Positions 1-8,154 of a DNA stretch of 64,000 nucleotides are shown here, one piece after another. Source of the DNA: a virus; IMG/VR virus record IMGVR_UViG_3300045988_158809; one strand, written 5' to 3'. The position numbers were made by a program, and so were the translations under genes. The notes under the pieces are model-generated. The model worked only from the letters and a program-made list of their open reading frames with translations, had not been told where the DNA came from and did no database searches. Positions within the stretch are counted from its first letter, which is position 1; the number at the start of each line of letters is the position of its first letter.

Positions 1-14
1 TCACTGATTTTTTT
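1..14 (+). repeat. early-region junction motif, 3' part (TCACTGATTTTTTT), cut by window edge
   Basis: Identical to the 3' half of the motif at 428-461, 695-728 and other junctions. Confidence 0.6.
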
Positions 15-54
15 CAATGCTTTTGTATCTTTTTGGGATGCCGTTCAGGAAGTA

Positions 55-390
55 ATGAAAGAACAGCCGGAAGAAGAAAAACAGCCGGAGCCGGAAGATA
101 TTGCAAAAGTGCTGGAAGTATTCCCGGCTTTACTAGATGCCGTTTGTGAAATAATGAAAGCGGAGCCAGGCAAGGAGCCACGGAACAAGGAACGCGAACA
201 GGGTACCAATGAAATATATAATTCCGTTTGCTCCTCCGCTATTCTTTCGGGTGATTATATCAAGGCACGCCAGGAAATAAAACAGGCTATAAGGCAATAC
301 CGTTTTACGTTGCCACAGCTCAAATATTTGATTTATATCCTGAATACTCACCCCGGCATAAAAAGGGAAAGCCACAGAAAGGCGGCATAA
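55..390 (+). CDS. hypothetical protein (111 aa)
   Basis: ORF track; flanked by junction motifs; no domain recognised. Confidence 0.6.
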   Translation: MKEQPEEEKQPEPEDIAKVLEVFPALLDAVCEIMKAEPGKEPRNKEREQGTNEIYNSVCSSAILSGDYIKARQEIKQAIRQYRFTLPQLKYLIYILNTHPGIKRESHRKAA

Positions 391-427
391 GCCGCCAGGC
401 CTTGCGCCGGAGCGGTTTATATTCGAG

Positions 428-461
428 CCTATGGACTCCGACAGAAATCACTGATTTTTTT
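428..461 (+). repeat. early-region junction motif CCTATGG-N-AAATCACTGATTTTTTT
   Basis: cctatggactccgacagaaatcactgattttttt read directly. Confidence 0.85.
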
Positions 462-499
462 ACTTTATATTGAATCAATAAAAAAACATACACTACATT

Positions 500-691
500 A
501 TGAAAACAAAAAGAATGACAAAAGAAGAAGGCCAACGTTGCAATATTAGCAGATTCCCAAATTTTCATAAATCCGGAAGTATAAAAGGCATGAAACGTTT
601 GTACTATGGCAAAAATGCGCTTTTGGTACGTTGTGGCGATTATATATACAATGTCACATCAGAACCGGAAATATATCAGGCTGCCAGATAA
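500..691 (+). CDS. hypothetical protein (63 aa)
   Basis: ORF track; sits between two junction motifs. Confidence 0.45.
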   Translation: MKTKRMTKEEGQRCNISRFPNFHKSGSIKGMKRLYYGKNALLVRCGDYIYNVTSEPEIYQAAR

Positions 692-694
692 CAG

Positions 695-728
695 CCTATG
701 GAATCCGACAGAAATCACTGATTTTTTT
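695..728 (+). repeat. early-region junction motif
   Basis: cctatggaatccgacagaaatcactgattttttt. Confidence 0.85.
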
Positions 729-747
729 AACTTAAAATATTAAAACT

Positions 748-1176
748 ATGTTTCAGAATATCAAACCTATATCAGAAAAGTCTTATAAAGTTTTTTCATA
801 CCTGGCAGATGCAGCCAGAAACAGCAAAAACCATGCTATAAAAATAAAAAACTCAGAAACATATACCCCCGTTACAGTGGAAATAATTTTTTCTACTCCG
901 GAGTATGAACACGTATCTATATGTCATTACGGCGAAATGAACGGCGATCTTATGGCCGATCCTGAAATGGTTTTCTTCCATGATAAAAAAGAAAATGTGG
1001 CTTATCCAGGTTATTACCTGAACCATTATGCCGGTATAGAACAAACATCTTTGCAATATGATGATTATGGTAAGCCGGTAGGCGTTAGAAGGGCTATGCA
1101 GCGCGGTCAGGCCGATTTTGCAAACATGTGGATGAAAAATATCGACGAACAGCAAGCTTTGGCCCTTATAGGATAA
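748..1176 (+). CDS. hypothetical protein (142 aa)
   Basis: ORF track; contains HYGEMNGDLMADPEM segment; no confident family assignment. Confidence 0.65.
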   Translation: MFQNIKPISEKSYKVFSYLADAARNSKNHAIKIKNSETYTPVTVEIIFSTPEYEHVSICHYGEMNGDLMADPEMVFFHDKKENVAYPGYYLNHYAGIEQTSLQYDDYGKPVGVRRAMQRGQADFANMWMKNIDEQQALALIG

Positions 1177-1180
1177 TAAA

Positions 1181-1238
1181 CCTATGGCCCCATGGAAAAA
1201 TCACTCTATGGGGCTTGACAGAAATCACTGATTTTTTT
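1181..1238 (+). repeat. early-region junction motif, double unit (24-nt phase)
   Basis: cctatggccccatggaaaaatcactctatggggcttgacagaaatcactgattttttt. Confidence 0.85.
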
Positions 1239-1239
1239 C

Positions 1240-1247
1240 TAACTTTG
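1240..1247 (+). promoter_or_regulatory. Bacteroides-type -7 box TAACTTTG
   Basis: Exact TAnnTTTG 5 nt before ATG 1253, which implies a near-leaderless mRNA. Confidence 0.45.
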
Positions 1248-1252
1248 CAAAC

Positions 1253-1555
1253 ATGAATAAAGACTTTTACATATCGACAGAAAAAGGCGTTGAATGCGTT
1301 GTTCAATCTGCTTCCCCTCAGTACATCTTCCAGATTATCCGCACGACGGACGACGCGAAGTTCCGCGCTCTTATGGAAGACTCCACACAGTTATGCCTGC
1401 AGGTGCATCCAGATCATAACATTGCCATCCGGACGGCAGGTAATAAGGTGTATATAGCCATGACATCCGCCAACGTGGAACTTATATATAAAGAGCTTCA
1501 GGAAGTCAAGAGACAGGCTGCTGAATGGCTGTGTGAATACTACGGCATTAAATAG
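1253..1555 (+). CDS. hypothetical protein (100 aa)
   Basis: ORF track; -7 box immediately upstream. Confidence 0.6.
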   Translation: MNKDFYISTEKGVECVVQSASPQYIFQIIRTTDDAKFRALMEDSTQLCLQVHPDHNIAIRTAGNKVYIAMTSANVELIYKELQEVKRQAAEWLCEYYGIK

Positions 1556-1580
1556 TAGAATATTTTTAAAAATAATTGTA

Positions 1581-1618
1581 GTTTTATTTTGCTGCATCAA
1601 AATAAAACCTTATCTTTG
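1581..1618 (+). promoter_or_regulatory. Bacteroides-type promoter (-33 TTTG 1588-1591, 19-nt spacer, -7 TATCTTTG 1611-1618) embedded in an 11-bp AT hairpin
   Basis: gttttattttg/ctgcat/caaaataaaac inverted repeat at 1581-1608; canonical spacing. Confidence 0.65.
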
Positions 1619-1646
1619 TCACAGAATTAAGAAACAAACCATTAAA

Positions 1647-1661
1647 AGTGGGGGCAACACT
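1647..1661 (+). promoter_or_regulatory. conserved 5'-leader stem-loop AGTG-GGGGCAA-CACT
   Basis: Copy 1 of GTGGKGGCAACAC; the closing pair covaries with copies at 2389-2403 and 2727-2741. Confidence 0.45.
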
Positions 1662-1680
1662 ATAAACACCGCGGAAAATC

Positions 1681-2271
1681 ATGAAAAATCAAGTAGTCAT
1701 TACCGTATTCACAAAAAAAGCTGAATACGAGCATCCGGAAGAATACAGAAGTTATGCAGGTGATACCGTATATCAGTGTATGGAAGACATATACTACGAT
1801 TATGAAATTGTAATGAAGTACGGTGTCTCAGCGTCCGACATTGCAGACCGTACGGAAATACTGGTAGAAAATACCGGCGATGCTTTCCGATATAATCCTC
1901 AAACCTGGGAGCACATCGAAAACATGAATCTCGATCCACAGCTCCCTCTGCTTCCCCTTATGAAGAAATCTTTTCTTCCCGCTCTGTTCCTGAGCAACAA
2001 CACAGACCGCCCGGAAGAAGAACAACGCCCGCGCCGTCTGAAGGGTTTTACCTTCGCCATTACCGGTACTTTGAGTACAAAGAGAAAGAACGCCGTGGCT
2101 TATATCCTGGCCAACGGCGGCGATTATCTGCCGCGTGTGACAAAGAATGTAGATTTCCTGATAGTTGGAGAGGATGCCGGCGACACGAAGACAGAACTTT
2201 GTGAGCGTTATGGAATACGGGAAATTTCCGAGTGTGATCTTAGAACTATGGCAGAAGGTAAGGCCGCATAA
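1681..2271 (+). CDS. BRCT-domain protein (196 aa)
   Basis: C-terminal RLKGFTFAITGTLS..RKNAVAYILANGGDYLPRVTKNVDFLIVGEDAG fits the BRCT pattern known from NAD-ligase C-termini. Confidence 0.6.
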   Translation: MKNQVVITVFTKKAEYEHPEEYRSYAGDTVYQCMEDIYYDYEIVMKYGVSASDIADRTEILVENTGDAFRYNPQTWEHIENMNLDPQLPLLPLMKKSFLPALFLSNNTDRPEEEQRPRRLKGFTFAITGTLSTKRKNAVAYILANGGDYLPRVTKNVDFLIVGEDAGDTKTELCERYGIREISECDLRTMAEGKAA

Positions 2272-2313
2272 TTTGATGATATAAAACATATTTTTCCATA
2301 TAAAATAATTGTG

Positions 2314-2351
2314 TTTTTATTTTGCAAAAACAAAATAAAACCTTATCTTTG
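2314..2351 (+). promoter_or_regulatory. Bacteroides-type promoter (-33 TTTG 2321-2324, 19-nt spacer, -7 TATCTTTG 2344-2351) embedded in an AT hairpin
   Basis: ttttattttg/caaaaa/caaaataaaa; near-duplicate of 1581-1618. Confidence 0.65.
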
Positions 2352-2386
2352 TATCAGTGTTAAGGAACAAACATTATTTACTTTTT

Positions 2387-2414
2387 ACCGTGGTGGCAAC
2401 ACGTCAATTCAGCA
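2387..2414 (+). promoter_or_regulatory. 28-nt conserved leader element ACCGTGGTGGCAACACGTCAATTCAGCA
   Basis: Exact 28-nt direct repeat of 2725-2752; ends 8 nt before ATG 2423. Confidence 0.6.
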
Positions 2415-2422
2415 TTATTTAT

Positions 2423-2710
2423 ATGACTAAAAATCTCAACGTATGGTGTACATTATTTCATGAAAGTGAATGTAAAATTTACATACAAGATGAAGATGGT
2501 GAAACACTTTCTGAATATCTACATGTCCAAGGAAATCCAATTTCTGTAAAAGAAGTATATAAAAAAACAGGAGAGATAAAAGGTTCTTATAAAGGGATCT
2601 GTGAATCTGTGAAAGAGATTAAAGAAAGAGAAAAAGAGTTTATGAAAAGAAATAAAGAGGATTTTGCGCGATATTACGGTAGAAGAGAAGCGGATAAATA
2701 CTTTAAATAA
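2423..2710 (+). CDS. hypothetical protein (95 aa)
   Basis: The ORF-track start 2357 runs through the promoter and leader element; the first ATG after the leader is 2423. Confidence 0.55.
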   Translation: MTKNLNVWCTLFHESECKIYIQDEDGETLSEYLHVQGNPISVKEVYKKTGEIKGSYKGICESVKEIKEREKEFMKRNKEDFARYYGRREADKYFK

Positions 2711-2724
2711 AATATTCATTTATA

Positions 2725-2752
2725 ACCGTGGTGGCAACACGTCAATTCAGCA
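2725..2752 (+). promoter_or_regulatory. 28-nt conserved leader element (second exact copy)
   Basis: Identical to 2387-2414; ends 8 nt before ATG 2761. Confidence 0.6.
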
Positions 2753-2760
2753 GACACATT

Positions 2761-3270
2761 ATGTTACTTTACGTCGAAAAAAAATCTTCACAGGAACAAA
2801 TTTATCAGTTTGCAAAAGAAGTAGGTGCAAAATGGATTGTAGTCAATTCAGATCATTATAAGGGAAACAATAAAGGGTATTACCAGGATGTAGAATCTTT
2901 CCGTAGTTCAACGGTATTCCACTGGAATTTAAAACCGGAAGATCGCGGTGCCATTTCTGTATATGTTACGGATATTGATATACCGGCTGCAGTGTCTAAG
3001 AGGATAGAATTACAGCGGGAAATAGTCAGACTTGATTACGATTTTCAGTTATTTATGAAAAAGATTGAGACTGATTATCCTTTGCAGAAAATAGATAAAA
3101 GATGGGGAGTAAATAACCCTAAAAGGCTGGAAATTGAGGAACTTAGAGATAAACGTAGAGAGGCGATAAAGAATGCTTGTGAAGAGCATGACAAAAATGT
3201 AGCTCATATCAAGTCAGAAATGATTTCCACTAATTTCGTTTCTTCCACATTTATAGAATTATCCTTATAA
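2761..3270 (+). CDS. hypothetical protein (169 aa)
   Basis: The ORF-track start 2728 lies inside the leader repeat; ATG 2761 chosen. Confidence 0.6.
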   Translation: MLLYVEKKSSQEQIYQFAKEVGAKWIVVNSDHYKGNNKGYYQDVESFRSSTVFHWNLKPEDRGAISVYVTDIDIPAAVSKRIELQREIVRLDYDFQLFMKKIETDYPLQKIDKRWGVNNPKRLEIEELRDKRREAIKNACEEHDKNVAHIKSEMISTNFVSSTFIELSL

Positions 3271-3281
3271 TTTTTTATAAG

Positions 3282-3312
3282 CCTATGTACTTTCAGAAAA
3301 ATCACTGTTTTT
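3282..3312 (+). repeat. early-region junction motif, variant CCTATGT...AAAATCACTGTTTTT
   Basis: cctatgtactttcagaaaaatcactgttttt. Confidence 0.75.
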
Positions 3313-3337
3313 ATTAAACTTCATAAAATCAATTATC

Positions 3338-3826
3338 ATGAAACGTATTGTAAACATATTAAATATTAATCAGGCTGTATGCCGTTCCAGAGAAGACAAT
3401 ACAATAGTATCTTCTCTGGAAGATGAAAAATTATCTATAGCATTTATCGAGTCTTATCTAAATGGTAATATATGGGGAGTGTATTATCAAGAAGATAACC
3501 TGGTATATGAAACAAAAGACGGTGATATTTATTTCATGTCAGAAGATTGTGTGAAACTATCAGACGACGAACAATTACTTTTTGATACCAGCGATTTCGG
3601 CTGGAAAGTAAATCCGCAAAACTGGGTGTATCTTATAGGTACTGATAGTGTTGAAAAATTGGATTTGGAAGAAAATTCGGCCGATTCTGATAGCGATGTA
3701 TGTTACTATCAGGGAGAGTCTGGAGCCATGGTGACTGAAAAAGATAGTGACGGGACTGAGAATCCACTAAAATCAGGATGGTATCCGTGCTCCAGTTACA
3801 ATGAATATGTTGAATCTTATAATTAA
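3338..3826 (+). CDS. hypothetical protein (162 aa)
   Basis: ORF track; acidic C-terminal half. Confidence 0.65.
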   Translation: MKRIVNILNINQAVCRSREDNTIVSSLEDEKLSIAFIESYLNGNIWGVYYQEDNLVYETKDGDIYFMSEDCVKLSDDEQLLFDTSDFGWKVNPQNWVYLIGTDSVEKLDLEENSADSDSDVCYYQGESGAMVTEKDSDGTENPLKSGWYPCSSYNEYVESYN

Positions 3827-3835
3827 TTTGCTACA

Positions 3836-4273
3836 ATGAAAAAATTCAAAATATCACAAGACCAGATACATTATCAGGACGATAAAGTATTATTATCATT
3901 TGCAGTTGACAAAGGTGTACCGGGATATAATTCGCGTGAAAACAAGTTTTCTGAGCCGTTTGTGGCCGATATAGATGGCCGCATGTATCTTATACGGCCC
4001 GAAAATGTAACATCGTCCTCAGACGGTAAATTCTTCCTTATGGAAGCCGTAATGCCCGACCGCACCATGAACGACGCGGAAATCATTGGATGGAAACTGA
4101 AATGCGCCCGCCAGGACGCCGGGATTACATGCGATGAACTGGCCGATCGTGCCGGCGTGCGGCGTAACACAGTTGAACTCATTGAAAAAGGTTGTTTCAA
4201 CGCGAAAATCAATCTCATTTGCAGCCTGGCAGAAGCTATGGGAATGGAAGTAACACTCACCCCTATGGAGTGA
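3836..4273 (+). CDS. XRE-family HTH protein (145 aa)
   Basis: C-terminal IIGWKLKCARQDAGITCDELADRAGVRRNTVELIEKG matches the Cro/CI-type HTH pattern. Confidence 0.65.
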   Translation: MKKFKISQDQIHYQDDKVLLSFAVDKGVPGYNSRENKFSEPFVADIDGRMYLIRPENVTSSSDGKFFLMEAVMPDRTMNDAEIIGWKLKCARQDAGITCDELADRAGVRRNTVELIEKGCFNAKINLICSLAEAMGMEVTLTPME

Positions 4274-4315
4274 CGGAAAAATCACTCTATGGCACCTCAG
4301 AAAAATCACTGTTTT
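4262..4315 (+). repeat. early-region junction motif, double unit; overlaps the stop codon of 3836..4273
   Basis: cctatggagtgacggaaaaatcactctatggcacctcagaaaaatcactgtttt. Confidence 0.85.
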
Positions 4316-4383
4316 ATCGTCTAAATGTAAATAAACAAACGTAAGGCATACGGAAAAAACTGTATTAAATGGGTATTAAATAT

Positions 4384-4500
4384 AAATTAAAAGCGCGACG
4401 GAGTACGCCGCGCTAGGATACTAAAAGTGTGAAGCAATTCACAAATGAAAACCTACTGATAGTAGATTTTCGTTTTAATCCACAAGGGAAAATCCCTTGA
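4384..4500 (-). ncRNA. candidate ~115-nt structured small RNA on the minus strand
   Basis: Minus-strand -7 box at 4506-4513. Four hairpins follow (CAAGGGA/TCCCTTG, CTACT/AGTAG, GTGAA/TTCAC and GC-rich AGCGCG..CGCGCT at 4392-4414), then TTTAATTT. No ORF. Confidence 0.45.
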
Positions 4501-4505
4501 CGGCA

Positions 4506-4513
4506 CAAAGATA
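4506..4513 (-). promoter_or_regulatory. minus-strand -7 box TATCTTTG
   Basis: + strand reads caaagata; the only leftward promoter-like box in the + strand early block. Confidence 0.45.
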
Positions 4514-4597
4514 GTATTTATCTTATATCCAAAAAATATTCATCATAATTTCTATACCTGTTTTATGAACTGAATTATTATTTTAAAAGAAAAATCA

Positions 4598-5263
4598 ATG
4601 AAAACACAAATAGAGAAACTTAGACAACTTTCAGATAAAAAGAAAGGTGTAGTAATGAATCAATATGTAGATGATTTATTACGCAATGGAAAAGCATATA
4701 CTGTACGGAGCCGGTATAGTGGACGTTACTACCATAAAAAGAGTTATACTGAAGAACTGGATAAACTTCTTACAGAGCATGGCATAAGCCATGAAATAGG
4801 AAACGACGCCCCTCGCGGTGGAATGAATGGTGAGTTTGTATCACTTAAAGGTACTGTGTTAAAGTATGTATTAGACCGCAAAAAGGAAAGAGAGGAATTC
4901 TGGAAAGCAGAACAAGATGGCAAGGATAAACAAAGGAAATTGGCTTATGAAAGATATAAACAGGAATGCGAAAAAACTTATAAGTTCTGCGTGGAGAATA
5001 ATATAGAAATTGATTTTTCTTACTTTACTGAAAAAGATAATGAAAGGTTTTTCCATCTTGATTATGACGATATAAAGAAGGAAAAATTAGGATATAAAAT
5101 ATCTATTCCTAAACGCTTTTACGGTATAGCATCGAGGTCTTCAGGTGTACATTCGAATGAAGGATTTCGTAGATACGTTAAAGAAAAACTGTTGTCTTCG
5201 GGTTTATCGCATGAAGGGTGCAAGATTACTAAAGTTTACGACTGTGGCGTTGGCGATGGTTAA
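4598..5263 (+). CDS. hypothetical protein (221 aa)
   Basis: ORF track; Lys/Glu-rich. Confidence 0.65.
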   Translation: MKTQIEKLRQLSDKKKGVVMNQYVDDLLRNGKAYTVRSRYSGRYYHKKSYTEELDKLLTEHGISHEIGNDAPRGGMNGEFVSLKGTVLKYVLDRKKEREEFWKAEQDGKDKQRKLAYERYKQECEKTYKFCVENNIEIDFSYFTEKDNERFFHLDYDDIKKEKLGYKISIPKRFYGIASRSSGVHSNEGFRRYVKEKLLSSGLSHEGCKITKVYDCGVGDG

Positions 5264-5272
5264 TTTATACCA

Positions 5273-5309
5273 CCTATGGAGTTTCAGAAATATCACTGTT
5301 TTGTTTTTT
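5273..5309 (+). repeat. early-region junction motif, variant ...AAATATCACTGTTTTGTTTTTT
   Basis: cctatggagtttcagaaatatcactgttttgtttttt. Confidence 0.8.
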
Positions 5310-5322
5310 AATTATACTATTT

Positions 5323-5616
5323 ATGGACGAAAGATTTATAATTACACGATTTACTGACGATACAAACCGCTGGGCGTTGGAAGACACTGAGTTTGGAGTG
5401 TTGTATGAATATGTTGGCGCAGACCTTAACCCTGTAAATATCCTTACAGAAAAGAAAGGATTTTTCGACGGCAAGAAAGGACATCAGCGGATGGTTAATT
5501 TAGGAGTGGACGCTATCCAGTTCATCATAAAGAATCATGAGAAGATTTTCAGACTGGCCGAAATAGAAGAAGATGATATTGATGAATATCCGCAAATGGC
5601 GACAGAACTGAACTGA
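5323..5616 (+). CDS. hypothetical protein (97 aa)
   Basis: ORF track. Confidence 0.55.
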   Translation: MDERFIITRFTDDTNRWALEDTEFGVLYEYVGADLNPVNILTEKKGFFDGKKGHQRMVNLGVDAIQFIIKNHEKIFRLAEIEEDDIDEYPQMATELN

Positions 5617-5656
5617 GTTATCCCGAATAAATCCGTTTCTCTTTATTATATTCAAC

Positions 5657-5688
5657 CCTATGGACCTATAAAAATATCACTGTTTTTT
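5657..5688 (+). repeat. early-region junction motif abutting start codon 5689
   Basis: cctatggacctataaaaatatcactgtttttt followed directly by ATG. Confidence 0.8.
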
Positions 5689-6144
5689 ATGCAAGTATTC
5701 GTAACATCTACATCGTGTATCGAGACCGCCTCACAGCTCGACAAGAAAAGACTTAACAAACAGATTATAGAAGCCGGACAAATCCTTAAAGCCATAAGAG
5801 GGGAGGGGAAAGGCTGGCACCATCATCCTGCTACCCTGATGTATTCACACCACACGGCATGGCTGGAGCTTTACCGTCTTTGCCTGCAGGCCTACATGTC
5901 CGGCAACACTCAGGAGGCAGAAGCATACAGCCGACAGGCAGACGCGATACGTCCGCCCTTCCTGACAGACAGCCTTTGCGAGCAGCACAGAAAACGCCTG
6001 TTCACCAAAGCTCCGGAGCTATATCCTTTATTCCAGGCGTACGGCACGAGCCGCGAGAACTGGTATATTGTAGATGGCAGATTATTGAGATATATCGACG
6101 GCAAACTTATAAAGAAGCCTATGGAAAATGCCGGAAATCACTGA
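5689..6144 (+). CDS. possible pyrimidine-dimer DNA glycosylase (endonuclease V/DenV)-like protein (151 aa)
   Basis: N-terminal LDKKRLNKQIIEAGQILKAIRGEGKGWHHHP resembles the LD.KgL...EA..L.G...GY.hHP pattern of bacterial Pyr_excise-type proteins; recalled by eye only. Confidence 0.4.
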   Translation: MQVFVTSTSCIETASQLDKKRLNKQIIEAGQILKAIRGEGKGWHHHPATLMYSHHTAWLELYRLCLQAYMSGNTQEAEAYSRQADAIRPPFLTDSLCEQHRKRLFTKAPELYPLFQAYGTSRENWYIVDGRLLRYIDGKLIKKPMENAGNH

Positions 6145-6151
6145 TTTTTTT
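6118..6151 (+). repeat. early-region junction motif; its TGA is the stop codon of 5689..6144
   Basis: cctatggaaaatgccggaaatcactgattttttt. Confidence 0.85.
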
Positions 6152-6229
6152 ATTTATAATCGTGTCGGCAAAAAAAGATTGTAGTGAATACTGATTATAA
6201 TAGAAGTAACAATTAAAAATGTAGATATT

Positions 6230-7006
6230 ATGGGAAAATACGATTTCGATGATTCAATATATGACTATGAAGAAGAATTGTTTTATAACATTCGTTACTC
6301 AGACGATGTGACATTGATAGAAAATGTATCACATCTGCGTCATCACATAAACTGTCATGGCTTTAGTGAAAAATTATATGAGTATCTGAATATGGATTAC
6401 GAACAAATCTGTCAAGTGGTGGAATGCGCCAAAGGATCTATTTCTGTGGCAAGTCTGAGAAAAGATTTTAATGGCGTTATGGCTCCATTGATTGAGGAAA
6501 AACAGCGTAAAGAGGAAGCAATGGCAAAGAATGAAAAACTCATTGCCTGCCTGAAGGACAAAAGAAAAACTATGTGTGGAATAGGGACAAGAAAGCTGAA
6601 ACTGTTCCTTAACAAACTGATAAAGCAAGGTGACACAACAGCAGCTTTATATAGGACAGTACTGGAAGCAGAAGACTTTAATATTAAAGCAAAAGATACC
6701 CGTCTTGATTACAAGGAAAAAGTTTACGAAAAAAAGCATGAAGAAATACACAAACTGATAGAATTATGCCGTGAATATGGAGTCACGTTCGGGAAACAGT
6801 TGTCCGATGTCAGAGATACACGATATGTGGTTTATTTTGAACTGCCAAATATGGAACAAATCAGTTTTCATACGGATTTGATTGATGCCGGTAAGATACC
6901 CGACTATACGAAGGAGTGGGACGGCAAGCGATGTTCCACCCTCGGAAAGATTGAGAATGCCATTAATTTCAGATACAGAGATAGGATTGAAGAAGTCTAT
7001 AAATAA
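6230..7006 (+). CDS. hypothetical protein (258 aa)
   Basis: ORF track. Confidence 0.65.
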   Translation: MGKYDFDDSIYDYEEELFYNIRYSDDVTLIENVSHLRHHINCHGFSEKLYEYLNMDYEQICQVVECAKGSISVASLRKDFNGVMAPLIEEKQRKEEAMAKNEKLIACLKDKRKTMCGIGTRKLKLFLNKLIKQGDTTAALYRTVLEAEDFNIKAKDTRLDYKEKVYEKKHEEIHKLIELCREYGVTFGKQLSDVRDTRYVVYFELPNMEQISFHTDLIDAGKIPDYTKEWDGKRCSTLGKIENAINFRYRDRIEEVYK

Positions 7007-7089
7007 ATCTGAACCTATATTTATCAGGAATTATAATAATTGTTTCAATCTTATTGAGAAAACGATTAATGCACAGGCTTACAGAGTAG

Positions 7090-7124
7090 CCTATGGAACT
7101 TGACATAAATCACTGATTTTTTTT
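7090..7124 (+). repeat. early-region junction motif
   Basis: cctatggaacttgacataaatcactgatttttttt. Confidence 0.85.
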
Positions 7125-7137
7125 AAATATTGGAATT

Positions 7138-8088
7138 ATGGAAGAATTAGACAGACAGATAATTGAAATGTACCGTGCAGGCATAAAGGTGTCCGAAATT
7201 TGTCGTACATTGGGCACACACACCCAGAAAGTATATAAGGTGCTCCGAGAAAACAATATCTCGAAGAACGGACGCCGACTGACTCCGGAAGTTATTCAGG
7301 AAATTGCAGAAAAGCTTCGTCAGGATGTGCCATCTACAAAGCTGGCCGAACAGTACGGATGCTCCGTCTGGACCATACACAAGATTATGCGCGAAAACAA
7401 CATACCTATGCAGGTGGGCCGTCCGTGGCATCGCCGCAAAGACAAGCAGGCAGCATCCGCGCCATCTGCTCCCATCCCTGAGTCCTTACAAGCTCCCGAA
7501 ATGCCTGATTCGCTTCGCGCACTGGTCATGGCACCTGAAAACCGTACGTACTTTGCCTGTTTCCACAAAAACAAAAAAGAAGTGTCTTCTGCAGCCGAAG
7601 CGGTAGCCTTTCTGTATTCCGTCATGTCACGCCGTTTCACGCTGTCGTCCGACGACGTGACTCGCATAGAGCAGACATTTGCCCAGCTACAGGCATTCGA
7701 CAAACCGCGCCAGACGCTTGTATGCCCGCTCAGCATAAATGAAAATCTCCGTTTTAAGATTATGCTGGCACCGGAAGTGAACGCGCAGTACAGCGCATTC
7801 CAGAAGGGACGCGACGAGAGTGTGGTGAGATTGAAAAAGACAGACTGGCGGGCTTTTAATCCGGGCATGTACGGCATCTGTATTCCGGTAGGCGTGTATT
7901 CTGAGAATGGCGATGCGGTGAAGTATTACGACTTTAAGGGAGCGGTTCAGGCCGAATGCAAGGAGCAGGCATACGATCGTGCGCTGGATAAGTTGAAGGC
8001 AGAAACCGGTGAAGATCGTTTCAACAGCCTGAAAGTTCCTGGCAAGTACAGCGACAAGGTAAAATTCACTTTCAAGCCTATGGACTGA
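7138..8088 (+). CDS. DNA-binding protein with two tandem N-terminal HTH repeats (316 aa)
   Basis: IEMYRAGIKVSEICRTLGTHTQKVYKVLRENNI and LRQDVPSTKLAEQYGCSVWTIHKIMRENNI are repeated HTH-like units. Confidence 0.55.
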   Translation: MEELDRQIIEMYRAGIKVSEICRTLGTHTQKVYKVLRENNISKNGRRLTPEVIQEIAEKLRQDVPSTKLAEQYGCSVWTIHKIMRENNIPMQVGRPWHRRKDKQAASAPSAPIPESLQAPEMPDSLRALVMAPENRTYFACFHKNKKEVSSAAEAVAFLYSVMSRRFTLSSDDVTRIEQTFAQLQAFDKPRQTLVCPLSINENLRFKIMLAPEVNAQYSAFQKGRDESVVRLKKTDWRAFNPGMYGICIPVGVYSENGDAVKYYDFKGAVQAECKEQAYDRALDKLKAETGEDRFNSLKVPGKYSDKVKFTFKPMD

Positions 8089-8134
8089 CAAAAATATCAC
8101 CCTATGGAGTTTTTGAGAAATCACTGATTTTTTT
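8077..8134 (+). repeat. early-region junction motif, double unit; overlaps the stop of 7138..8088
   Basis: cctatggactgacaaaaatatcaccctatggagtttttgagaaatcactgattttttt. Confidence 0.85.
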
Positions 8135-8154
8135 GAAACATTCATTCCATTAAA

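Noticed and set aside
381-396. GGCGGC-ATAA-GCCGCC hairpin overlapping the stop codon of 55..390, considered as a terminator
   Set aside because: No T-run follows it, and the junction motif lies 30 nt downstream. There is not enough evidence for termination.
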